In this document: in pieces, positions 17,185-24,487 of the stretch
Numbering within the stretch: the first letter of the stretch is position 1
Layout of the letters: the number at the start of each line of letters is the position of its first letter
Assembly: GCA_049697135.1 (NCBI GenBank)
Contig: JBAVVE010000061.1
Span: 1 to 40,011 of the forward strand
Length of the DNA stretch: 40,011 nt
Reading direction: 5' to 3'
Source: Candidatus Bathyarchaeia archaeon
Lineage (GTDB): Archaea > Thermoproteota > Bathyarchaeia > 40CM-2-53-6
The notes under the pieces: model-generated
The model's database searches: none
What the model was told of the DNA's origin: nothing
The model's input: only the letters and a program-made list of their open reading frames with translations
Position numbers and translations under genes: made by a program

Positions 17185-17481
17185 GTGAATGATTTGCCAA
17201 CCTATACGACAGTAACGCATGTGGTAGAGTGCGACTCTTGTCCAGCAAAAGAGGGTCGCATTTCTACGACCACACTAGAAGACAACACGGGCGACCAGAT
17301 CAACACTGAATGTATCAAGTTCTATGAAGAGCTTCGCGGTAAAGGCTGGTGGATTGAAGACGACGGTACACTTTGTCCCAACTGTGGCGAGAATGAGGAA
17401 CTGCCGCTCGTAGCGAAGATCATGGGAAAGTCAAGCGCTCCGCAAACTTTGAGCAAGGTGGAGCTTTCAGGTGTAGGTTGA
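17185..17481 (+). CDS. zinc-ribbon protein
   Basis: 98 aa with ECDSCPAK..LCPNCG. GTG start. Its stop overlaps the ligase start (TTGA 17478-17481). Confidence 0.55.
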   Translation: MNDLPTYTTVTHVVECDSCPAKEGRISTTTLEDNTGDQINTECIKFYEELRGKGWWIEDDGTLCPNCGENEELPLVAKIMGKSSAPQTLSKVELSGVG

Positions 17482-18395
17482 TGCTTTCGTCTGTTGTGGT
17501 TCAGGCGACTGTTCCGAAAGTCAGTGAGGAACCGCTTAAGACATGGCTTGCGAAGAATCGACTCGGGCCCTACGCGGTTGAGCGGAAGATTGATGGTGAA
17601 AGGCTCCAGGTTGAAGTCTCCGCAAAAGTTGTGTCCTACGCGAACCGTCACACATTCCTAGCCTCCAACGGTGACTTGCCGAAGCTGTCTAAGGCGATCC
17701 TTGAGGCTACGCATGGTGAGGATTGCTGGCTTGACGGTGAGCTGACTACAGGTGTAAGTAGCGAGTTCTACGGCGAGAACGGGTACTTGGCGAATCGGGC
17801 GAACCGTGATGAGATGATCTATGTCGTCTTCGATATTCTCGGCTTGAACGGTGAAGATCTGCGGTTGAAATCGTACAGTGAGCGGAGACAGATTCTCGAA
17901 ACGACCTTGCGTGCGAATGAGAAGGTTCAGCTGGTCGAGGCGTGGACTTGTGAGACCGAGCAGAAGATCTTGCAGGTGTATGATCGAGTAGTCGCGGAAG
18001 GCGGCGAAGGCGTCATGGTGAAGCCGCACCCCAGTATCTACGCGAACAATGCTTGGGTGAAAATGAAGCATACTGCTACCGCTGATCTGGTGATCTTGGG
18101 TGTGATGAAGACGAAGGAGAGTTTCCTGATCGGTCATTACAGGTGTACGGAACCAGCCGGGTTCATCCGGTACGGGCGTGTTTCCGCGCATGGTTGGGAA
18201 GTTGTGAAAGAGACGGTTCTGAAAGCTGTGACTGGGGAAGACGCACAATTCTGGTACGTGCAGCCGTTCGTTGCTGTGGAGATCCGGCATAACGGCCTCA
18301 TCGAAACCTCAGAGGGCAAAACGTACCGTCATCCCCGAATCCTTCGCTTGAGGTTCGACAAATCCGTGAAAGACTGTGAGGCGCACAAAACTTGA
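17478..18395 (+). CDS. minimal ATP-dependent DNA ligase
   Basis: Motif I is AVERKIDGERLQV (KxDGxR), III is WLDGEL, IIIa is YVVFDIL, IV is EGVMVK and V is AWVKMK. At 305 aa it is nucleotidyltransferase plus OB only. Confidence 0.9.
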   Translation: MMLSSVVVQATVPKVSEEPLKTWLAKNRLGPYAVERKIDGERLQVEVSAKVVSYANRHTFLASNGDLPKLSKAILEATHGEDCWLDGELTTGVSSEFYGENGYLANRANRDEMIYVVFDILGLNGEDLRLKSYSERRQILETTLRANEKVQLVEAWTCETEQKILQVYDRVVAEGGEGVMVKPHPSIYANNAWVKMKHTATADLVILGVMKTKESFLIGHYRCTEPAGFIRYGRVSAHGWEVVKETVLKAVTGEDAQFWYVQPFVAVEIRHNGLIETSEGKTYRHPRILRLRFDKSVKDCEAHKT

Positions 18396-18706
18396 GCAAG
18401 AGCTCGGTGACTGATAAACCAACAAATGAAGCTGCGGCTCTAATCCAACTGTTCAATAGTAGTGAGCACCAAATCGAGAGAATTAGCGATAGGACCGATA
18501 AGGCGATTGAGCAACTTGAAGAAGAGGAACAGAAAATCTGGAACAGATACAATGCGGCAAACAGAATTGCGGAAACAGCTAAGATAAAAGCGCTTGAAAG
18601 ACTCCACAAGAAAGAGGAAACTCTGAACGCACAGAAGATGAAAGAGTGCGCGCCTTTTGACGCTAACCGTACGAAAGTAATCTCAAGAAGGATTGTGAAT
18701 GTCTAA
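18392..18706 (+). CDS. hypothetical coiled-coil protein
   Basis: 104 aa. TTG start overlapping the ligase stop (TTGA). Confidence 0.5.
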   Translation: MSKSSVTDKPTNEAAALIQLFNSSEHQIERISDRTDKAIEQLEEEEQKIWNRYNAANRIAETAKIKALERLHKKEETLNAQKMKECAPFDANRTKVISRRIVNV

Positions 18707-18876
18707 TGGCGCTTGAAGTAATTGCGAGGATTATCGACAAGGTTCCAGAATGCCCTTGCAGACGCAGTCAATACGGGCGCAGCCGCCATTACTATGGGGG
18801 CGGAAAGCGATGCCTCTATTGTGGGTACGAGAAGGGAACTGGGACGTTCTTGGCGAGAGAGGTAATCTCATCTTGA
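18706..18876 (+). CDS. 56-aa zinc-ribbon micro-ORF
   Basis: MALEVIARIIDKVPECPCRRSQYGRSRHYYGGGKRCLYCGYEKGTGTFLAREVISS. Its start overlaps the upstream stop (TAATG). Its stop overlaps an in-frame TTG of the methyltransferase (TTGA 18873-18876). Confidence 0.4.
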   Translation: MALEVIARIIDKVPECPCRRSQYGRSRHYYGGGKRCLYCGYEKGTGTFLAREVISS

Positions 18877-19790
18877 AAGATCGTGAAACTCTTTTCGAGC
18901 CATATTGTGGCGCTGGAGGCATGGGCTCGGGCTTCGCACGCTACTTCCAGATCAGCTACGCTGTAGACGTGCTTCCGGAGGCCGTCGCAACCTATTCCGC
19001 GAACTTCCCAAGAGCCGATGTGCAGATCCGAGACATCCATGCTCTTTCAGGTGTAAGAGGCGACTTCGACGGAATCGCAGGCGTAATCGGCGGCCCTCCG
19101 TGCCAGAGTTGGAGTATCATCAACGTCAAACGTGGTGTCGGTGTGGACCCACGTCGAGAGCTCTGCCAAGAGTTCATGCGTCTCGTAGTGGAGATCCGGC
19201 CACGCTTCTTTGTGCTCGAAAATGTGCCGTTCGTGCCGAAACAGGTGAAGGAGACCTGTCGGAAAATTGGTCTCGATAATCATTACACCTGTAAGACTGA
19301 GTACCTTGACGCGAGCGATTACGGATCTGCCCAAACACGGAAACGCTGGCTTCTAATCGGCCTCAGAAACGGAACGATGCGAGAGCCACGGAGAACTCAG
19401 AGCAAGACCGTTCGTGATGCCTTCCAAGGGCTGCACAAAAATTGGGGCATGATGCAGTCAAGCCCTGACATGCTCGCTCGTCTTTCAGGTGTAAAGTCCT
19501 GTGAGTGGGTGCCGATCTCCCAGGGAGGTTTCAGGAACGCCTGTCGCCTCAACTGGGATAGGCCATCTCCTACGGTTGTGAATCTCAAGAAGGTCTACAT
19601 GGTTCACCCAGATGAGGATCGGAACATCTCATTGGCGGAAGCGGCGGCTCTACAGGGATTCCGAGCTGGCTTCACATGGAAGGGCACTGAGTCGAAGATC
19701 GCTCAAATGATCGCCAATGCGATGCCTGTCCAACTCGCGGAAGCAATCGCGGAATCGCTATCGCTCAATGAGGGGCGAATGGAAACATGA
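18750..19790 (+). CDS. DNA (cytosine-5) methyltransferase
   Basis: Motif I is FEPYCGAGGMGSGF, IV is GGPPCQSWS, VI is FVLENVP, VIII is SAQTRKRWLLIG and X is IANAMPVQLAEAI. The real start is probably TTG 18873 (MKDRETLFEPYCGAGG). Confidence 0.9.
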   Translation: MPLQTQSIRAQPPLLWGRKAMPLLWVREGNWDVLGERGNLILKDRETLFEPYCGAGGMGSGFARYFQISYAVDVLPEAVATYSANFPRADVQIRDIHALSGVRGDFDGIAGVIGGPPCQSWSIINVKRGVGVDPRRELCQEFMRLVVEIRPRFFVLENVPFVPKQVKETCRKIGLDNHYTCKTEYLDASDYGSAQTRKRWLLIGLRNGTMREPRRTQSKTVRDAFQGLHKNWGMMQSSPDMLARLSGVKSCEWVPISQGGFRNACRLNWDRPSPTVVNLKKVYMVHPDEDRNISLAEAAALQGFRAGFTWKGTESKIAQMIANAMPVQLAEAIAESLSLNEGRMET

Positions 19791-20080
19791 GTCTGCTTCT
19801 TCCCTCTTTTGTCGGGTTGCCTTCGCGTCTGCGCTGCTTCTTCTGTGGAGCGATAAGAGAGCGCCTCGCAATCCTTGAGAATTGCAGTGGCGTGATCATC
19901 TACCTTTGCTTTCACGGATGCCAGCATTTTCCTGAACCATTCCGCGATACGGGCCTAGTGGATGATTGGACGCGAATTGATCCGTGGCAGAACGTGAAAC
20001 GCCATCAGCCCAAATTACAGAAACAGTTCAGGAATTGGCAGGAATTGGCGAGGCAACGAAGCATTGGTGACGTGTCATGA
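19787..20080 (+). CDS. hypothetical protein
   Basis: 97 aa with ATGA overlaps to both neighbours (19787-19790 and 20077-20080). Confidence 0.5.
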   Translation: MSLLLPSFVGLPSRLRCFFCGAIRERLAILENCSGVIIYLCFHGCQHFPEPFRDTGLVDDWTRIDPWQNVKRHQPKLQKQFRNWQELARQRSIGDVS

Positions 20081-20727
20081 GTGACGCAATGCGGTACTTC
20101 TACTGTGCCAAGTGTGAGAAGCCTGTGGATTCTCCGAACGGGGAACATTTCCGGTCACATGGATACGATCTAGGATCTGCGCTTCGAGCAGGTCTAGCCG
20201 ATCAGTTGACTGAAACTGATTACAGGAGACTTACGCTTGCAGACGAGCGACGGGAAGCAAAGCTGCAAGCCTACAACTATCGCGCAAAGCACTCGCTAGC
20301 AGAGCCTACAGCATGGTCCATAGTTGTTGATGTCTGGAACAAGTTGAAGGAGGAGCAGCTCAAGAGGAATCCGTGGCACCACCACTTCTGGATGCCGCCG
20401 ATCAAAGCAGGACAACGTAAGGATGCAAGATTCTATCGTGCTCTACAGACCGTTCTCTGGGATACTCGCAGTGTGCCCGAGGACGAGCACACGGTAATTG
20501 TGCTTGCGGGTGCTCCTTCACATGTATGTGAGAGGGATGGGCTATTCTTCTCGGATCGCAAGGGAGCACCACCGCGCCTATGGGTGTACTTCAACATCGA
20601 CAACGAGAGGAGGGCGCGGGAGCGAGCGTTACAGGTGAAAGTGCCCATTGAGGGTATAACCTTAAGACATGCAACAGCCGAAGCCTATTCGATTACGGGG
20701 GCTCATCTTGGCAAAGGAGGAGAATAG
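20077..20727 (+). CDS. hypothetical protein with an N-terminal CxxC
   Basis: 216 aa with YFYCAKCEKPV. The C-terminal ERALQVKVP segment shares 27 identical nt with ORF 21848. Confidence 0.6.
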   Translation: MSDAMRYFYCAKCEKPVDSPNGEHFRSHGYDLGSALRAGLADQLTETDYRRLTLADERREAKLQAYNYRAKHSLAEPTAWSIVVDVWNKLKEEQLKRNPWHHHFWMPPIKAGQRKDARFYRALQTVLWDTRSVPEDEHTVIVLAGAPSHVCERDGLFFSDRKGAPPRLWVYFNIDNERRARERALQVKVPIEGITLRHATAEAYSITGAHLGKGGE

Positions 20728-20728
20728 T

Positions 20729-21154
20729 TTGGGTAAGGCTCAGATGCTCACGGAACGGTACGCGCCGTTTCTTGTTGGGTTCTTGACGCCAATCGTGATC
20801 ACAATCACAGTTGCAATCAATACTTGGGCTTGGGATGTGCGACACTACGCTGATCCAGTTGCGGTCTTCTTAGCAACATACGAGACGCCAGCACTCTTGG
20901 GTTTCATCGCCATCTATGCAGGAATGGGCGTAGTTGTGCATTTCCTCAGTCGAGGACTTGGCAAGGTGCCGCTGATGGCGAAGTTGACAATCAGTGTTGC
21001 GGTTACAGTAGCATTGGTGACATCGTACAACTCGATTCTTGGTCTGCCGCCTCTCATTCAGGATCTTGCCTTCAACACCATCGTTGCCCTTTGCATCGCA
21101 ACTATCCTCGTACTGGTCGCAGGGTGGGGTTCAAAGAACATTGAAGAACATTGA
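20729..21154 (+). CDS. integral membrane protein
   Basis: Track ORF 20669-21154. TTG 20729 lies 8 nt after AAGGAGG and 1 nt after the upstream stop. It has four TM helices. Confidence 0.6.
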   Translation: MGKAQMLTERYAPFLVGFLTPIVITITVAINTWAWDVRHYADPVAVFLATYETPALLGFIAIYAGMGVVVHFLSRGLGKVPLMAKLTISVAVTVALVTSYNSILGLPPLIQDLAFNTIVALCIATILVLVAGWGSKNIEEH

Positions 21155-21242
21155 AGAGAAGAGGCTCATTCAAGGCCTATTCTTCATCGCCTATGTGGCC
21201 AAAGAGCATCAACTCAAAGTTTGTGAGGTTAAGGTGTAGAAG

Positions 21243-21449
21243 TTGGGTCGTCAGAGAGTTCATCGTGAGGCACGGAGTGGAGTCGTCGCATTGCGTGTTC
21301 TTGTGCAGGAACGAGGCCGCTTCACCATTCCTGAGGAGATCCGGAGGGTCTCTAAGATAGAGCCAGGTACGCTCGTCGTCGTGGAAGCGAACCGTAAGGA
21401 CCCCGGCCACATCCACATACGTGTACTACAAGTCAAGGATGAGAAATGA
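21243..21449 (+). CDS. AbrB/SpoVT/MazE-family DNA-binding protein
   Basis: VVALRVLVQERGRFTIPEEIRRVSKIEPGTLVVVEA shows the typical swapped-hairpin signature (..tIPkeiR..l.i..G..v.v). Confidence 0.7.
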   Translation: MGRQRVHREARSGVVALRVLVQERGRFTIPEEIRRVSKIEPGTLVVVEANRKDPGHIHIRVLQVKDEK

Positions 21450-21678
21450 AGCGATCATGACTAAGCCAACCATCTCAGATGAACTGCTTACGAAAGTAGG
21501 GCTGCAAATGGTTACACATGTTAACCTGTGGTGATATGCTACATGGAAATGGGCTCTGGAAGAAGACAAGGGAGTTGTAGCAGCAAGTGCAATTCAATCC
21601 TAAATGTATCGCCCAGAGACTTTCACCTGTAATTCACGGCTGGCATAGGCTTATCTAGTCCGATGCCCACAATGGGTA

Positions 21679-21765
21679 TTGGTGAAAGGCGTGAGTAGAG
21701 AATCAACCCCTACCTTGTCGGAGCCGCCGCGTGTGCAGCTCCCTGGAGCTATCAACTGCGGAGGC
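21679..21765 (+). pseudogene. relic of a paralogue of the 15578 gene start
   Basis: TTGGTGAAAGGCGTGAGTAGAGAATCAACCCCTACC.. aligns with TTGGTGAAAGGTATGAGTAAAACAGAAACCGTAACC.. at 15584. VSRESTPTLSEPPRVQL corresponds to MSKTETVTVTQPPDTEQL. It terminates after 27 codons. Confidence 0.5.
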
Positions 21766-21847
21766 AAGCTGACTTGAACTTGGAAGAGATTCTCCAAATC
21801 AGCGCATACCAGAAGCGACGGAATCTGCGTAGACTCTTTTCGTTACT

Positions 21848-22123
21848 GTGGTGACGCAGACAATGAGCGAAGATAAGAAGATCCCGGTAATCTTAACCGT
21901 CAAGGAGCGAGCGTTACAGGTGAAAGTGCCGGTTACGCGGACAAGCGATTTGGATGACTTGGAGGGGGAGCCGCAGCCGGAAGCGAAGGACATCGGCAGA
22001 ATCTTCTACGAGAACGGTCAAGCCTGGACTGTAACTACAGGTGCAGATTCCGAGCTCGTATGGAAGCCTTTGACTTTAACCGAAGTCGGAGATATGGTAC
22101 GGGGGAAACCAAGCCAATGCTGA
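21848..22123 (+). CDS. hypothetical mosaic protein
   Basis: 91 aa. The N-terminal part shares ERALQVKVP (27 nt) with ORF 20077. The middle shares EAKDIGRIFYENGQA with the partial ORF at the window end. Confidence 0.5.
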   Translation: MVTQTMSEDKKIPVILTVKERALQVKVPVTRTSDLDDLEGEPQPEAKDIGRIFYENGQAWTVTTGADSELVWKPLTLTEVGDMVRGKPSQC

Positions 22124-22338
22124 TGAGGAATCTGCGAGACCTAGTTATGATCTCGCTCGGAATTGCGATCTTTGTTGCCAGTTTCACGGTAATTCCTCTT
22201 ATTGCATTCAATCAATACTTGGAAATGGGGTCAATCGCTCTAGCGATATACTTGCCTTTGTTAATTCCCGGTGGGCTACTACTCCCTGATCTCATTGCTG
22301 ATATAAGAAAATTGAGGCAAGCGCGAAAGGAGGGTTGA
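22117..22338 (+). CDS. small membrane protein (2 TM)
   Basis: ATG 22117 overlaps the upstream stop (ATGCTGA). Sequence: MLMRNLRDLVMISLGIAIFVASFTVIPLIAF.. Confidence 0.55.
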   Translation: MLMRNLRDLVMISLGIAIFVASFTVIPLIAFNQYLEMGSIALAIYLPLLIPGGLLLPDLIADIRKLRQARKEG

Positions 22339-22344
22339 GGGCAA

Positions 22345-22851
22345 ATGGGGCGGATTTTGGATTACAAAGGGTTCGCTGTAGTAGTCGATGAGCATTCAGG
22401 TGTATTTTTCGCCTACTCGATAGATCATACAACTCACACGTATGGACCTGATGAGATTGCAGAGGCAAGCAACCTGCCTGATCTGAAGAGCAAGCTCGAT
22501 CAAATATCAAAGGGCAGTCTTGGGCAGACTTGTCTAATTCTCGCAAGGTACTTGCATTCGAACAGTGAAGACCAGGTGTTCTTCAAGGGAAAGGTTACTT
22601 CCATCAAAGAAGAATCATCATTGGGAACAACCTTCCGAGTAGCCTTCAAGGAGGGCGACCATTTTGGCCGACAAGAATTACATGCCGGACAGATTTTCAA
22701 AGACAACGAACCGAACCAGAAGATCATGCTTGAACTTCAACAGATCGAACACGAAGTCACGGAGCTAGAGAAACGTAGAGAAGCTCTGACGAGGACACTA
22801 GAACCGTTCACAGAAAAAGAGCTCCAGGAAGCTAGTCGGGTGAAAGCGTGA
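22345..22851 (+). CDS. hypothetical protein
   Basis: 168 aa. Its stop overlaps the next start (GTGATGG). Confidence 0.55.
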   Translation: MGRILDYKGFAVVVDEHSGVFFAYSIDHTTHTYGPDEIAEASNLPDLKSKLDQISKGSLGQTCLILARYLHSNSEDQVFFKGKVTSIKEESSLGTTFRVAFKEGDHFGRQELHAGQIFKDNEPNQKIMLELQQIEHEVTELEKRREALTRTLEPFTEKELQEASRVKA

Positions 22852-23510
22852 TGGCGACCGGGCCGACAGGGCAGCTTTTTTGGTGGATTCGTTGTCCAAA
22901 CCCAGACTGCCGACGAGAAATACATGTCGTAGATGCTGGATACGAGGCTGTATATGAGGGTCAGCGGGTTCACTGGAAATGTGACAAGTGCTGGGCACAT
23001 ATTGAGAAGATCGTTGGCAAAGACATGGGCCGGATCCTCGTAGAGGGCCCCAAGCAAGACTTCAACCCACACTTCGGTTTGATTAGCCACTGTGATCGGT
23101 GCGGCAGAATGGTGACGACCTCACCGACATTCGTGTTATGTGCACCCTGCCGTAAGCGGTACGTTCGGCTTATCACTGGTCTTGCGGTGGAAGGGCTTGT
23201 GAAGTTCTGTTTCATGTGCGGTCGAGCTCTTGCTCTTGAAGCGCATTGGTGCGACAGATGCGGAAGAAATCAGAAGGATCAGGAGGCTCCCGTGGTTGGT
23301 CTCTGGTTGGGTTTTCATCTGATGTTTCAAATTGACCCGAAGATAAGCTACGCAAGTGGTGTAGCTGTCGGGGCTCTCATAGGGTGTCTAGGGGAACCAG
23401 TCTGGAAGTTTCTGGACAAGTATGTGGATCAGGTGCTTGAGAAAATTGGCCCGAATGATTCATTACATCAAACGGGCGATTGTCAGATAGGTGAAAGGAT
23501 ACGCGAGTAG
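22848..23510 (+). CDS. multi-zinc-ribbon protein
   Basis: Three CxxC pair sets: CPNPDC..KCDKC, HCDRCG..CAPC and FCFMCG..WCDRCG. There is a hydrophobic segment near the C-terminus. Confidence 0.65.
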   Translation: MMATGPTGQLFWWIRCPNPDCRREIHVVDAGYEAVYEGQRVHWKCDKCWAHIEKIVGKDMGRILVEGPKQDFNPHFGLISHCDRCGRMVTTSPTFVLCAPCRKRYVRLITGLAVEGLVKFCFMCGRALALEAHWCDRCGRNQKDQEAPVVGLWLGFHLMFQIDPKISYASGVAVGALIGCLGEPVWKFLDKYVDQVLEKIGPNDSLHQTGDCQIGERIRE

Positions 23511-23533
23511 TTTCTAGTGTCGGGAATGGGTAC

Positions 23534-24337
23534 TTGAACTCAAAGTTTGAGTGGAGACGGAGAGGCTCCTCTACTCAGGAGTGCTTACCTTTCACCCTTC
23601 TCACATGTGCTGTCCCCGGGCACCGTGAACCCACCGAGAACGCTGCAAGAAACTACTCACGTTCACACTTGATCGCCTTTCTATTTCTTGGATTGATCGT
23701 AAGTGCATGTCTCGGCGGGTTAGCTGTTTATTCTGCTTTTCCCAAGACTCCCGAGAGCGATAAGTGCGTCTTGTATCTGCCGGTGGTTTTCGAGGTTACG
23801 ATTGATGGAATCAGCGGAAATGTGACGCATGGGGTTTGGGCTAGTCTCGGCAGCAAATGGACGTTTTCAGAACAGTACACGCCAAGTCGGATTAGGCTAA
23901 CATGGGCAAGTGAGGACTCAGAGGACGACTGGACAGTCTACGTTGTTGTAACATACAACGCTACAGAGCGATGGAAGGCGGTCGATTGGAAGATTCTGGG
24001 TGAGAATGGCCGCAATGGACGGTGCTTCTTCCTAATGATTCCTACGGAGAAGACGATCACGATCGTAGCGCAATTCACAACCAAACATGTGCGAACAGAA
24101 GAGAAGGCCGCAAGAGCTTTCGTGGAGCGGTATCTTGCCCCAGAGCAAGAACAGCTCGAATATCTATCGAAGTGGAGTTGCTCGCTGTGGGTGCTACTTG
24201 CAGTCGCGCTACTTGCAGTCGTAGTGGTGCTGTGCATCCACATCACGAAAGCGCAGCAGTGGCTTCGTGATCAGGATCCCGAGATTAAGCTCAGAGAAGC
24301 GTCTGCGAGACAATACGGAGAACTACCCCATGAATAA
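23534..24337 (+). CDS. hypothetical membrane protein
   Basis: 267 aa with an internal TM (LIAFLFLGLIVSACLGGLAVY) and a C-proximal TM (LWVLLAVALLAVVVVLCI). Confidence 0.55.
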   Translation: MNSKFEWRRRGSSTQECLPFTLLTCAVPGHREPTENAARNYSRSHLIAFLFLGLIVSACLGGLAVYSAFPKTPESDKCVLYLPVVFEVTIDGISGNVTHGVWASLGSKWTFSEQYTPSRIRLTWASEDSEDDWTVYVVVTYNATERWKAVDWKILGENGRNGRCFFLMIPTEKTITIVAQFTTKHVRTEEKAARAFVERYLAPEQEQLEYLSKWSCSLWVLLAVALLAVVVVLCIHITKAQQWLRDQDPEIKLREASARQYGELPHE

Positions 24338-24487
24338 GGTTGAATGGGACTCAAAGAGGGCGGCTTGGATGAGTTTCTTTAGCAAACTTGCGGAGCATCT
24401 AGGTGAGACATCAGCTGGGAATCTGAGGGCGAATCTAAGCGAGCCCTCAGTAGTTTTAAAGGAGCACTTTCAGAGGCAGAGCAAGAA

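Noticed and set aside
17658-18290. 210-aa antisense ORF opposite the ligase. Also 25753-26325 (-), 37977-38582 (-), 27200-27799 (-), 1486-2265 (+), 10542-10877 (-) and 11338-11727 (-)
   Set aside because: Each lies fully inside a sense ORF that carries diagnostic motifs or clear TM topology. The antisense products have odd composition and no start context.
14689-19495. CTTTCAG|GTGTAAG resembling back-to-back 3' and 5' spliceosomal splice sites
   Set aside because: ORFs read straight through every copy in frame. Genes are tightly packed with 4-nt overlaps and Shine-Dalgarno sequences, which is prokaryote-type organisation. The motif occurs in both orientations.
21450-21560. Small ORF MTKPTISDELLTKVGLQMVTHVNLW after the AbrB gene as a toxin partner
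   Set aside because: It is only 25 codons long and has no PIN/MazF-like motif. The region looks like decayed sequence.
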